Origin: Paraphysomonas bandaiensis
Lineage: Eukaryota > Protista > Chrysophyceae
Reading direction: 5' to 3'
NCBI GenBank assembly: GCA_965644295.1
Contig: CBFFRP010000232.1
Span: 1-64,000 of the forward strand
Length of the DNA: 64,000 bases
In this document: one piece after another, positions 23,601-36,617 of the stretch
Layout: every line of letters begins with the position of its first letter
How positions within the stretch are numbered: the stretch's first letter is position 1
Program-made: the position numbers and the translations under genes
Notes under the pieces: generated by a model
Told to the model about the DNA's origin: nothing
Seen by the model: only the letters and a program-made list of their open reading frames with translations
The model's database searches: none

Positions 23601-25360
23601 AGGAACTCTGTAGCTTGCAGTTCGTCATCTCTCTTTGCGGTGAATGATTTCCTTGTCATCTTTGATTTTGCGCAAGCTTTACAAATACCTTTCATTTTTT
23701 GTAAACTCTTCTTGCTGAGATGTCGTCGGGTTAATCCGCTCCCGGTAAAAAGTCTGTGTTTAAACGCTTCAATCAGCTTATGTTTGCTGACGTGTCCACA
23801 GCGCTTGTGTAACATCTCTAACGGATCTTCATGCACCTTGTCGGACAAATATACTTCCTCCAGCATTGTCAAATTTGGAAGATCAAGTATTTCCTGTAAA
23901 TTTACATAAGGCATTCCGTTGCTTGAGTAGGCTGCCTCCAATACAGTCTCCCCAGTATCAAGTCGCACAACAGTGGGCTTGTTCAACAACTGCAATCCAT
24001 ACCCGTGAGAACGGAGTATTCCTCCAGAGCAGATATTCTTGACTGATCCAGGGCAGATCTTGATGTCAGTCCAATCGCCAAAGCCTCCAGTTTCCTCATA
24101 GTGTAAACTGGATCCAGCTCTGGTTGTCTGTATATTTCCATCCTCCTTCTTGACCGTATGAAGGAAATTTCTGTCCTTAACAATGAACAGTTTATTAGAG
24201 GCACAGCTGTCTAAATACACGGGTTCATCGGAAGTGTGTAGCACCTCTTCAGAGACACATGAATCATCATGCGGTTCCTCATACATAATCATGTTCACAG
24301 AGTCCGAATCTTCCTCTTGCTCCTCTCTCCGCAAAAAACGATTCCAATCTGTGCGTTTTGCAGGCTTTTCGTCCAAAAATGGCCGGTTTTTGTCTCCTTG
24401 GGCAGAGTCACTACGTACTTGAGCACGAAATTTGCACTTATACGCACGATGTCTGGTGTCTCCACATACATAACAGCCATCTGATTTTTTCTTCTCGTTG
24501 TTGTCTCTGCGACTCTCAGATCGATTCCTAGCGCCACGACTCTTTCCCTGCCTTCTTAATTTCGCGATCTTAAGGTCTCTCTTCTTCTTCCAGCACGATT
24601 TCTGTGAGTGACCCCGTTTGCCACATTTGGGATAGCTGCACACCTCATTTTCATCAGCAGTGGAATTCATGTTTACTTCGTCGGTGCCTTCTTTCGGGAC
24701 ACCTTTTGCCTGATCGTATCTCCTGCATATGGTGATCATATCAATAAAGGTTATGTCACCTTGTAGATAGAGATTGGTGTACAATTGCTCCAAATCGCTT
24801 CGTGTTTCGAGGGCAGTCTGTAACTTCGTTTTTTTAGCGATGTCAGTGGGTGGTTCCCCCAACTCGGACATTTTTTGACAGATGCCGTTTAGTCGATCGA
24901 TTGCTGCGCACACGAGTTCCCCCGGTAGAATTTTGAATCCTGCAAACTTCTTATTCAATTCAACTAATTCATATTGGATTTCCCCTCGAAACCGAACAAT
25001 TAACCTAGAGATGAGTTCACTCGCTAACTGCTCTTTATCAGGATGGTCCTGCGGGAGCATATCCTTTTCCCGGAAGTACTGATCCACGATCTCAAGGGCT
25101 TCAGCGACTGGTTGAACAGCTTCAAATATCGAACTGATGCACGTGTCTTTCCTCTCCAGCCACTTGTCCAGATCCTCCTTGTACTTATTTCGGACTGTCA
25201 CTGGCGCATTATTTGCTGGTCTTACTGGACGGTCCTCTAGACCCAGATGGTTCCTGTTCTTCCTCATCAACCACACTTTCAGATTCTTTGACCAATTCAC
25301 TACACCGAACTGATCAAATTTAGGAAGAAGTTTCCACTCCGAACTACTGTCTGCTACCAT
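20614..25360 (-). CDS. Copia gag-pol polyprotein, copy 2, with two 1-bp deletions (near 23374 and 20952)
   Basis: ORFs 23366-25402, 20901-23369 and 20614-20964 together reproduce the copy-1 protein. Confidence 0.92.
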
Positions 25361-25679
25361 GTTAGAAATAGACATTTTTAGTAATAAGACCTTTGTTAAC
25401 ACTTATATGGAATATTATATAATTATAAGAGATACCATACTTCATTCATTGACGTTCACCAACTCTTTCTATCTCTACTACACCAACCATTTCTAGTACG
25501 ATCTTACATCGTCACTATCTTGTACAGTCAGTATATTTCAGTTTTATCACTACAATGGCTATCATATTATTGGTTCTCATACTACAGCTAGCTACTACTG
25601 TATTCTTTGAGTAACGGATATAATTCTAATATCTTGGAAACTACAGCTTTTAATTGCTCACAAACAGCAAAACTCAACA
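25360..25679 (-). repeat. 5' LTR of copia copy 2
   Basis: 320 bp, TG..CA ends, followed by the PBS on the minus strand. Confidence 0.95.
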
Positions 25680-26064
25680 TATGTTTAACCATAGAGCTGA
25701 AACACATGAAATTCAACGCCTTATATCGTTGCCACTATATTTATATCTATTGATATATTTGTGTGCGGGAAATAGCTAGGATATGGGCCCCTAGGATATA
25801 GTTGCGCAGTGTTCAAAGCAACTTATTATTCATTCCTTGTGTTTTATGTTATATACAATATACACTATACTACACTAGTACTGAATAAGAAAATCCAGCA
25901 TAATGTACTATTGAATACACACTATGCGGTTAAGCTGCAGTATTTGCAACGAATCGATATCTAGTGTTATGATTCTTGCACAAGCACGTGTATAAGTTGT
26001 CGTATTCCGTGTCCATTTGTAATTCAGCCCGAAATACAAATGATGTGCTCACAAAATGATGTGG

Positions 26065-28059
26065 CTAAGCAATTCGTTGTATATAACACAGTCCCATCCA
26101 TGGAGGGCCTTTGCTTGCAGACGAAGTATTTCCTGGTGGAGCAATCGGTTGCGTAACGTCCGTCTTCATATTAAAGGCTGCTGTCAGGTTGGGAACGCCC
26201 GGCTCAGTGCCATCCAACTTCCGAAAATTCATCGGAATCGCTTCAACAGGTCCTGAATATAAAATAATGCCATATAAGGGCACTGTTGCAAATGCTTCGC
26301 TGTCTCGAGCTGACATAAGAACCGGGTCTGTCATTCTCGATGCTCCAGCACTGTTATGACACTCAACTGCATATCTATACTCCACATCACTTCGAAGAGG
26401 TCCCACGCATATGGGACTCATGGTACCATTACACGATATCTTGGAACGTCGCGAGTATTTCTGCTCTCGGGTTTCCTTCGCACCAGCAATCTGTATATAC
26501 CAAATATTACCGAGTCAAAGATAATAACGAAGAAGCTAAGGTATTCATACAATGTAGTAGGCAGAGAGATACACAAATGGCATGTCACAACATACCATGC
26601 CATTATCATCAGGCACATCGACAATAGGTTGCGCATGGACAGTGTATGATTCCACAGGTGCTCCACCAGAGTCTGACGGAGCTTTAAAATGAACCCACGC
26701 AGAGCGTGGCAGGCGTAGCACACTAACGTTTGTGCAAGGTCTAGGTAATTCGCGATAAGCTTTGTCCACGTATTGACACACGTTCGCCTTTGTATCGATT
26801 TCTATTGGAGAGTATATAGCGGACTGTGGGTTGACAAGTCGATACCATTGTAGTGTCATATTTTCGGCAAGCTTAGACCGCTGGACACGCAGAAAGAAGT
26901 GTTTCGAAGATTGTTTCCCCTTCGCCCGTCCGGCAATGCCTTGCTTGCGAGGGGGAGAATCGGGAGACATGACAGGAGGTGGTATCTCTTTGAATCCCGC
27001 ATTGATCTTATCTTCGCCCCATTCCTTGTGGGATCTCTTACTGCCAGCAGAACTAGGGTTTTTGTTTTTCTCGCCAGCTCGTGCAGGACTCGGGTTAAGG
27101 CCTTTTGGTGGACGGCTGATGGGAGATGTCGAATCAGAGGTCAATAAATAGTCTTCACTGCCTGCAGCAGCACTTAGCTCAGATGCAAGCACTTCCTGCC
27201 CACCATTGATAGGTGACACTTTCGAAACAATTTCTGGGGTAAGAGTCACCTCTACAGGGGTGGCTTGTAAAGCAGTAACGACCATCGGTTTAACATCTAA
27301 CAGAGTCCCTCCTGCAGCTGTTATTTCCGGAATAGTGATAGCATTCACACACATCTGAGCGAGTTCATCAAGTTGAGATGGGGTGAACAGTGCATAATCA
27401 GTGTTGCTACCAAATGCAATGTCACCCACACTTGTCTCTGATATTCGCTGCTTTGGTATCGTTAGTGCAGTTTTCTCAAATTTAATACCGCCAACACTAA
27501 CTTGGCAGGTCATTGTAAGGCCCTCGTCAGAGTGTAGTTCATCCAACACCAGTTGCATATCCGCAGCAGACACAAAATCGAAAACACACTGCAACGGGCG
27601 AATAGCATCCAAACTCTTGACATGGCCAAAAAATACTCTTCGCAGATCCTCCACCTTAATTTCTATAGAAGCTTGAAACCCTGTGAGTGCAACAGGTTGA
27701 ATCTGCTCGCGGTGAATTCTAATGCTATGCTTACGTTCTATTTTCGTTTGTAATGCATCCACATTATCAGGTGTTAGCATAGATATATTAAATATGATCT
27801 GTTTTCGTCTAGGTTTCTCTATCCATATTTGATCATCGACCTCCATGAACTCTAGTAACCCAAGAGAACACCATTGCAACTCAGCAGGTGCAGTAGTTAC
27901 CGATCTTGTTGCTGCTGGTTCTTTTTGACGACTTATTATCCAATCTTTTGTACGTACATCAGCAGGAAATGCACTCATTGAATAAGTTCCATTTTCAGTC
28001 CTTACAACTACACGAACATCCTCTATAAATACTGATAGATCTACTACTGGTTTGGCCAT
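26065..28059 (-). CDS. Uncharacterised protein: unknown N-terminal domain + fibronectin type III + phage tail-collar-like C-terminus
   Basis: ORF 26545-28059 can splice (intron about 26490-26595) into ORF 26065-26421. FN3 motifs WVHFKAPSDSGGAPVESYTV and YRYAVECHNSAGAS; C-terminus GIILYSG..IP..LDG..PNL..F / PPWMGLCYIQR. Confidence 0.72.
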
Positions 28060-28660
28060 ATTGAATTGATTGCAATGATTAGTTTATAAGAGAATAGTAG
28101 CAGTAAGAGATAGATTTGTTTAGGAGGTATAGCATGCAACTAGAGGGGTATGTTGATAGATAACCAGACACAAGTCTTGCTTACATATGCATATTCTAAT
28201 ATCTCCATACGCATACATATATATACATACATACACACCTACATACTGACATATAGATCCACGCATACACTCATATTGTATCATATGGTACCTTCTGCCT
28301 ACGTATTCCGATCTCTTCCTACGTGACATCAGCCAATTACAGATCAGTAACCCACCAGACTACAGTGTGTATATACGTATATATAAAACGGTCCAAACAT
28401 GGACGAAAAATGTAGAGGCAACACAAACACACTGCACTCGTGTACAAAAAAAATGACCAAAATGTACACAAATATACGCACATTTCGTACAAAACCATAC
28501 CATTTATGCAAAATAAAAGGGGCCCGAACCCCCATGAAGCGTGTGTTTTCATACATAAGGACTCCCTCATATTTTGTTCGAAGTTCATTTTGGGGTGCGC
28601 CCATTTCAGATTTCACTGTACGATACTGTACGAAGTACATCGTATTGGCATCCTTTCTAT

Positions 28661-28777
28661 ATTTTTGTTCAAAGATGCCTCTAATATTGAGGCAACAATT
28701 ATCTGTATTCCATCCGTAGTTGTATCACAGAAATATAGAGTATATTTGATTCAATTTATTTCCGAAAAATAAGATGC
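28661..28777. repeat. Dispersed 117-bp repeat, about 89% identical to 37001-37117
   Basis: Ungapped manual alignment, 13 mismatches. Confidence 0.88.
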
Positions 28778-29913
28778 TGACAGGCCGACATGCAGTGCAA
28801 TACAATGTAAGTTTTATGGATTAAACTCTGGGTAAACTGTATTAACTATACATGTAATATTCCTTATTATAGTACTGAAGGGTGGGTGTGATTGCTGCAA
28901 TGAAGAAAGAACTGTTATATGTTACACACTACCTAGACACATGTTCTGTATGCACTCTAAGAAATTAAGCCTCTGAAAGGGCCCGTAAGCCTTTCACTGT
29001 CATATCAGAATCCTGGTCGCTTAGTTTAGTCCAATTGCGAGCTCTTCTATACCATATGCCATTGAAATCTGTCCCGATTTTTATTCTCAGCTTTGAGATG
29101 TAATTGAGAGCACATTTCGGTTTCTTGGTCTTCACGGTGTCGATCCAGACCATCCGAGGACAGCTGATTTTTCTCCACAATTCTATATCGTGTAATATGG
29201 AATACGTTGCATACACAGTTCCTTCCAAACATCTTTTATAACACATCTAGAAACAAAATTGTCGAATGAGCTGTCTCTTATTCACGACTGTGCGATCATT
29301 TTCAATGTACACAACATAGATTTTCAGAGTTGGTACTTAAATGTCTCATTCATGCTGTAGAGCATACATGAGTATTAGAGCTAACCTACTCTAAACCAGC
29401 CTCTATTAATGTAAGACAATAAATCTTGAAATCTATTGGAGTGGCAGATATTCTTATGCCACTTCACGTCTAATGCTTATACATTTATACATGTGTCCTA
29501 GTTAGCGTAGACCTAACCAATGTCACTGTTCCACCATTACCGAAGGTAGAATTGTATTCGGATACTTCTTAAACATGGGAAGCATTAAATTGTTTGTAGA
29601 AGCTTTGAAAATTATATCTGTTATATAGGTGTGTCCTTTAACCCAAATAATGATCGGTACGCACCATTGAATTATAAGTTCATAATAGCCCAATTTAAAA
29701 ATGTATTATCTTTAATAGCCCAATTATCTTTAAAATATTAAATGACATACAAGCATATACACCCGAGATTCTGTATGATACATCTTTGAGTAAATACGTT
29801 TCGGTCATCATTATTTCAGTTTCTTTTCAACATTACACTTCGACGTATTCCGATACAGTTAGATACTGCTGGAGTCCACAAGTGAATACACGATTAATAT
29901 ATACCAATCCGCA

Positions 29914-31378
29914 TCAGTGTCCTGACAATGCCTGAAGTCTGTGTGTAAATGTCAAGCTATCGTCCTGTTGGTCATCAACATCTATCAATCCGTGAATTGC
30001 ATGGGATGGGATCTTTAGGATATGATAAGGGGCCCCCTTCTCAGCTGAAATACCTCGAAATTTCAAGTGCAAAGCAGAGTTCGTCAAATACAAACCATCT
30101 GATGTAGGGCAAACGTTAATCTATACAGATGATGCATAGAATTTACTATCGAAGATACAATAAATACAACAATATATATAACACAACGATGATACATTCC
30201 GACTACACAAGCAGTCCATCATTTATACCTGGCCCAAAACTGAATCCATCAGGCCATCTCATAAGAGCTTTGTCTCTGACCACTGTATCAATTTTAAAGT
30301 GTTTTTTACATGGATATTCTTCACTCTCTGCGGGGCATTGATCATGGTGATCTGCGCCATGCTTACATGTATCTTTTGTCGGTCTTGCCACAGCAATGCT
30401 AAAATCTTCCACTGCAGTCAACCAAATGTTTCCCCAGTCGTCAGTAGTTATTCCATCAGTAAATGGTTTGCCTTGGAGCACAACCTCTAAAGAGGAATTC
30501 AGTTGTGAAATGGCGCTTTCATATTCAATAGAGCTCTCCTGGTCATATGGTTGTGGCAGTGTTTTCACAGTGGAGATAAAGTTATGAATCTCAGCGGTCG
30601 GTAAGCACAATAAATTAGTCCCAGTTAGGGGAGAAAAATAAAGCGCTCTACCATCGCGACTTAGAGCTATACTGTCTACATTTATACGTAATCCAAAGGG
30701 CCCGAATGCCACAATGTGCGAATCAAATTGAAGGTAGCTTGAGAGCCCATATAATGCACGGTGTGAGCTCATAAAACGATACGATGACCTATCTTCCACA
30801 GAAAAAACGATAAGTGCCGGTGTAGTACCTACAATAGATGTATCTGCAATGTATATAAATTTGCCGTCGCGACTCACACTAAAATCATTTAGCATAGATC
30901 CAAAGCCAGCAACATCTTTGGGGAACTTGTACACTAAGTCATCTTTCGAGGGCTCACTAATTGAGATCGCATACAAAGATGGCGCCGAGAATACACCATG
31001 ATTTGCAAAGTCTAATAACCATAACCTCTCAAATTCATCAACTCTCATTGATAAACAAGTGACAATTCGTTGTTGAAACGATGCATTGGGGAATGGTATA
31101 TAAGTATTTTGATCTATAAGTTCTGCAACTTTAATAACTGGAGCATATTCAGGATGAAAATTAAAAAATATTCTTCCTGTTTTTGAAACAGCAATATTAC
31201 CAGGTGGAGCAGATAATTCAGTGACTATTTCAATACTAGTTTGTTGAATATATTTCTGTAGTGAGGGATTCAAATGATAAGATCCGATCCCTAAACGAGT
31301 TATTAAGAGATAAAATACACTAAATATTAAGAGAGTAAATATAATGAGTGTATGTGTACAATATCTATATGATTTCAT
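29914..31378 (-). CDS. Yellow / major royal jelly protein (MRJP) family beta-propeller with N-terminal TM or signal segment
   Basis: PPGNIAVSKTGRIFF, RLWLLDF, NDFSV..YIADTS, VDSIALS, DGITTD..GNIW, WPDGFSFGP; last exon at about 29914-30101. Confidence 0.8.
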
Positions 31379-31500
31379 TGTATTATTAGATTTATAATGC
31401 AACTATGAGTACTGTGAATGTGTTAATAGATATCTCACATATCCTGCCTGTCATGCTGCATGAATAGGATGAACTACTGCACAGTACATCCGATAGTACT

Positions 31501-31534
31501 GTACTGGTGTACTGGTGTACTGGTGTACTGGTGT
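31501..31534. repeat. (GTACTGGT)x4 tandem repeat in a divergent intergenic region
   Basis: Direct reading of the sequence. Confidence 0.9.
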
Positions 31535-31777
31535 AGTGATGATGTGTAGATATCCATAAGTACATAGGTACGTATTATCTTATCCAATACAGAGTACAGT
31601 GAAGTTGATGAAGAGATGTTTGGATTGATTGGATTGGATGATAACAAAAATACATACACAGTCGTGCTCTCTTAACACACACAGCTGCCTGTGTATATAC
31701 ATCCATCCATATATATATATATGAACTGAGCAGCCATCTCAGTATAGCATACACACATTATCACACTATCTCATACA

Positions 31778-34322
31778 ATGAATGGTGATAATAACTTACC
31801 AAATTTTGTAAAACCAAGAAAAACAGCATGTCCAACTCGATATGTTTTCATATCAAACGCAGACACAACGAGTGATACAGTCATACAGGACATCACTGAT
31901 ATATTCCAGTCGTTTGGTGAGTTAGATACATCAACTGGACCAGTATTTGTGAATTATAAAAGAGTATGTATAGATATGATTGTGTATATATAAGCTGATG
32001 ATGTCTGTAGCATGTGTGTTATGTATGCTACAAGGACCCTATGGCAGCACAGCACGCTATACAGCAGTCGATAGATCCTGGAGTGATTGTTAAAGGAAGA
32101 AAGATTAGTGCTAAGTATGCAGATATTGCTCGCCCTGTTACACCACCCCCTGAAGCTGAATGCACTTCCACAACTGACCACGTAGATGTACCAGGTTTGT
32201 ATCTGATCGAGGAAGTTATATCATCAGAAGAAGAAGCATCTTTGATCGCATTATGCGATTCAAATGAAAAAGGAAGGACACTGTGGAGAAATAATATTAG
32301 CAGGCGTGTTCAGGTACGTGTCTGTCTAATGTATGGCTCACTTTCGGAAGGAATATAATTTGTGTGTTTTCAAGCACTTCGGATATGAATTCAACTACCA
32401 GACCCTACTACTAGATAAGCCACGAGACATTCGCCCTGTTCCGGAGGATATAGTTGCTGTGCTAGTTGAACGAGTTCCTCCGCATGTACCTCTGGATGGC
32501 AGCCGAGTGACGCAATGTACAGTCAACGAGTACTATCCAGGACAAGGCATTGCGTCTCACGTTGGTCAGTATCTCGTACAGTATATACCCATTCTGTGAC
32601 TCTATTTACCTCACTGAACAGACACAGAGTCGTGTTTTGGGGAAACGATTCATATCCTATCGCTCGGTGGGGGCGTGGTGATGACTATGGCGCGAGTGGA
32701 GCCTCAGGAGAATGTGCCCAGCTCCCACCCTGATAACGAGACTGTTCCACCTTCTCATCTCCGTCGATCCTTCGCCCCTACGAAGCCAACAGACACTGAA
32801 GAGTCAGGAGAAGTTGTAAAGAAACACGTATATCTACCTCCTCGGAGCTTGTTGGTTCTTTCAGACGAGGCGCGATTCCACTGGGCACACAGCATAGCCC
32901 CAAGGAAGTTTGATAAGGTTTAGTGTTACCGTCAAGACATTATGGGCACTTGGTTTACTTTTCTTGCAGGTGAATGGGGAGTTAATTAAACGATCGAGAA
33001 GGTTAAGTTTCACATTTCGGGAGGTATTTGAGTTCTAGTCGCGAAATAATCTTTCAATTCACACTACACTCGTTGTAGGCTATTGGCCCCAGACCTTCCA
33101 CCCCAGAGGTGGAGAAGGCACCCACTACAGATGGTCCGTCGAATAGTGAAGATGTGGCTCGCCGCCGTCTCAATGAATTCAAATCTGGGGAAGATGTGAA
33201 GGATGGGATATTGAGCTCTAATATAGAACAGGAACATGTGTATAAAGTGTATGATGAAATTGCTCAGCATTGGCATCATACACGAGGAATTAGAAAGGTA
33301 AGAATCGATATAGGTGCCACATACTACCCAGGGGTTCATTATCTATTGCATATTTAGGTGTATTGGCACCGGGTAAAGTCATTCTTAGATGACCTTCCCC
33401 AAGGGTCCCTTGTGGCAGGTGTTACATAAGTAATCGGTTGTAATGCTTTTACAGTGTTAAACAGATGTAGGGTGTGGTGATGGAAAATATTTCGGTGTGA
33501 ACCCTAATATTATAACGATCGGGTGCGATAGATCACCCGTTTTGCTGCAGGTACTGCAGGAAATTTACTGAAGGGATGATTGTAACTTCTGTGTTAGGTG
33601 TCTAGAGAGACACAGAATGATACCTTTTGTTGCGATGCTGTGAAACTCCCTTTTATCAGGTGACTACAAATAACGTTCGTGTTTCGGCGTTGCCTTATTT
33701 GCTAATATTTCAGCGATGCGTTTGATGCTAGTATATGTATTGCTGTGCTGCATCACTTGGCGTCAGAAGGTACGACACTTATAAACATACACATTTCGAA
33801 TGCCAATAATTCTCATGGAACTAGACCGCCGCGTTGCTGTTATTGCAGAAATGATCAGGATTATGAAGCCAGGTGCGGTTTTGTTGGTGTCGGCTATGTT
33901 CGTCTCATGCAACTTTTTGCTACTAAAGGAGGAAGAGCTATGCTACAGGCTTGGGCTATGGAACAGGAAGCAGGTAGCAAAAGAGTGTTCGAGGAGCAAA
34001 ATGTGTTAGTGCCTTGGCGCTTGCAGAGCAAATTTTCTCGCACTACGGATAAGGATGGTGAGTTTTTATGTACATGTATGCTTTTCCTAGTATATACTGA
34101 CTGTAAATATGTCATCAGACACTGGCCCTGTTGTCTTTCAGCGCTTTTGTCACGTGTACTGTGAGGGCGAACTTGAGCATTTGGCATCAAAGTAAGGAAG
34201 CTGTACGCACTGTCATACGTCGTGTATTTATTATTTAACGTAGGGTCGAGGGGTGTCGCGTTATAGAGTCAGGTTATGATCGCTCTAATTGGTATATCGT
34301 ATTCGAGAAGGAGTGTATATGA
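31778..34322 (+). CDS. ALKBH8: ALKBH8-like tRNA wobble-uridine modification enzyme (RRM + 2OG-Fe(II) dioxygenase + Trm9-type methyltransferase), many introns
   Basis: RRVQ|HFGYEFNY, QCTVNEYYPGQGIASHVD, LPPRSLLVL..W.HSI..RK.D, EQEHVYKVYDEIAQHW, DVGCGDGKY, IAVLHHL, WAMEQE, YDRSNW. Confidence 0.9.
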
Positions 34323-35027
34323 GGCCGTACTGTTATCTAATAATTCTGTATGATTCATAAACTAGCAGTGCGCTGAAACGTCGAGTGTATAACACTACTA
34401 TAAGCCTGTATGTATAGTCAGTAACGGTGTTACAGCAAAAGGAATAACTTTAAAGAAACTGGTATATGAGTGCAAAATGCTTGCAAGTGAAGAGTCTATT
34501 GCAATAGCAGTAATCTGTTATCTGTTTGAATGTTTGAATACGAATGCTTCCTTACAGTGCTAAAAAATTCGCATAGTTATACACAATAAGAAACTGGATA
34601 GCTACTAGTGTCTTCTGAGTAGCCTATAATGTGCTGCTTCGTATTGTCCGAATCGCAATGTTGTGTTGTGCTGTATGACATATCATATTGCGTAATTGTA
34701 ATGTACAAGAACTCATTGTACGATAGTGTGAATTTAGTAACCAATACATGCGGAGTTGATATGAGTATGGCTATAGCTGCCAATTATAACGCGGGTGTTT
34801 AGTGTTTAGCTTCGTTGGCGAAGTATAGTCTATACGTCTATGTCCCATATTTTAGTTGTTTGGCGTATGGTTTGAAATTTTCGTGAGAGTCATTCCGTAA
34901 AAAATTATTACAATTTTCAACAATAATGAATAAATTTGACCGATAGCAACTTGGAAAGTTTACGTATAGTATCTAGTAATTCCTGAGGAGAAAAAGAAAT
35001 GGAACTCGGCATATAAACACAAGGGAC

Positions 35028-36617
35028 TTAAAAAACAGACGGCTCATCATCGTAACCATCATCTTCGTCCAATGCAAGGAGTTTGTTTAAAGAACCGGAA
35101 CTCGCCTTTGAAAAGTCGTGAATTTGTAAAATACGATCCCGATTGCGATTCTTCTCAGTGGTATTATAAGTTGACACAAGCTCCTGATATCTTCTGGTCT
35201 CGGTGGCGCGCGCCTCGTCTTCTCTTTTCAGAATTTTTCCAATATGCATATCATGAGACCCTGAGAGCGTCCCCATACTAGCGTCCTTGTCAACGACAAG
35301 AGCCATTGCTTCATCATCAAGATAATCCTCTGCAAGCTCTTCCTTCGTTAGACGATCTATCAAGTCCGTCGCTACAGCCCTCAAACTGTTCGAGAACTTA
35401 TCTTCCAGCTCTTCAACAGCCCTGAAGAACAGTTGCTGCGATTCCAAGCACTGATTTTTGAGATCATTCATCCTGTTGTCAAATTCGTCTACAAGTGCTT
35501 CAAATTTCTCCACTTGTCGAATCTCAATGTTCATCAGCTCGTCGACTACTCGATCAAGCTCAGCTTGAAGGTGTTTGATTACTTCCTGCTTGTCCCCTTC
35601 AGTCTTATGAAGATTGGCTATAGCTTGCTTCTTGGACTTGTTAAAATTCTCTATTAGTTGAATGCTCTCCGTATCATTCTTCTTGCGAACACCATCCACA
35701 ACAGACTCGAAGTCGCGAATCTCTTTTTTCTTTTTCTCGAATTTCTCCATTGCACTACGAATATATTCATCAGAAAGCGCCTTAAAAGACGTACGAAATG
35801 ATTCCACAAGTTCTTTGGCACCGGGTAGATGTTTGAGTTTCTCTAAATCAGGATCGTCCATAAACATATCGTCAAACAACACATGCGCAAATACGATTCC
35901 AGCCTCGTCGAGTTGTTTGAGAAAATCTGACATGGTCTTGTCCCGCGACATCTTTTCAGCCACGACAGATTCCTTTTCTTCAACGTCTAGCAGATCATCG
36001 TGGTATTGTTCTTTCGCATTACTGATATCAGCGCTGTCCACGAGAGCGTAATCCAAATACTTCAGAGCATCCACATAAGCTAGGACAATCATCTTATACT
36101 CAGATTCATCACATATAGGATTCCCGGACAGTGTAAGCATGCGAAGGCTTCTCAGCTGGCGTAATCTCATAACTTGATCCAAAGAATCAATCTTATTGTT
36201 GCCGAGAGAAAGGCATTGCAGTGACGTACACTGCTCCAAACCCTCGATTACAGAAACCTTATTACTGTACAGAGACAAGTCTTCAAGATGCTTCAATGTT
36301 TTCAATCCTTGAATCTTCTGAATATTATTGAAAGATAAATCCAGCCAACGCAAATTAACAAGGTGTTCGATGTTGACGATTTCCTTAATTTGGTTGTTGT
36401 CTAAACACAGTTTTACTAAACTTTGAAGACCGACCAAATTTTCAATCTTTCCAATATTTCGAAATGATAAAACTAATGATGATGCTATTGGGCACATATC
36501 TACCAGTGTCAAGTCACCATGTCGTTCTCCTGATTCAGTTTTCTTTACTGTAATCCCTTCCACCAATAGTTTATCATCAATAACTTGGGTTTCAGTCTTC
36601 TTGCTACTAGATTTCAT
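35028..36617 (-). CDS. DRC3: Dynein regulatory complex subunit 3 (LRRC48)
   Basis: N-terminal LRRs (LSFRNIGKIENL..LCLDNNQI..WLDLSFNNI), LRRcap and coiled-coil tail (RNRDRILQI); 529 aa. Confidence 0.88.
   Translation of the reverse strand: MKSSSKKTETQVIDDKLLVEGITVKKTESGERHGDLTLVDMCPIASSLVLSFRNIGKIENLVGLQSLVKLCLDNNQIKEIVNIEHLVNLRWLDLSFNNIQKIQGLKTLKHLEDLSLYSNKVSVIEGLEQCTSLQCLSLGNNKIDSLDQVMRLRQLRSLRMLTLSGNPICDESEYKMIVLAYVDALKYLDYALVDSADISNAKEQYHDDLLDVEEKESVVAEKMSRDKTMSDFLKQLDEAGIVFAHVLFDDMFMDDPDLEKLKHLPGAKELVESFRTSFKALSDEYIRSAMEKFEKKKKEIRDFESVVDGVRKKNDTESIQLIENFNKSKKQAIANLHKTEGDKQEVIKHLQAELDRVVDELMNIEIRQVEKFEALVDEFDNRMNDLKNQCLESQQLFFRAVEELEDKFSNSLRAVATDLIDRLTKEELAEDYLDDEAMALVVDKDASMGTLSGSHDMHIGKILKREDEARATETRRYQELVSTYNTTEKNRNRDRILQIHDFSKASSGSLNKLLALDEDDGYDDEPSVF

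Larger units (their letters stand above)
18746..25639. repeat. Right arm of large inverted duplication (pairs with 1-6898)
   Basis: Reverse complement of 1-6898 with a few SNPs and three small indels. Confidence 0.97.
20167..25679 (-). mobile_element. Ty1/copia LTR retrotransposon, copy 2, full length with 5-bp TSD
   Basis: LTRs at 25360-25679 and 20167-20486; TSD TATGT at 20162-20166 and 25680-25684. Confidence 0.97.

Noticed and set aside
20167-25679. Two independent copia insertions in opposite orientation
   Set aside because: Both copies share the same PDI flank and ACATA TSD, so this is one insertion duplicated with its surroundings
28361-28620. TA-CAGTG...CACTG-TA suggesting a Tc1/mariner MITE
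   Set aside because: Inverted match is only 5 bp plus TA, and TACAGT motifs are common in these spacers
28965-29246. 93-aa minus-strand ORF
   Set aside because: No motif, splice context or homology that I can support
31501-31534. Short tandem repeat considered as CRISPR-like or telomeric
   Set aside because: No spacers, eukaryotic context, only four 8-bp units
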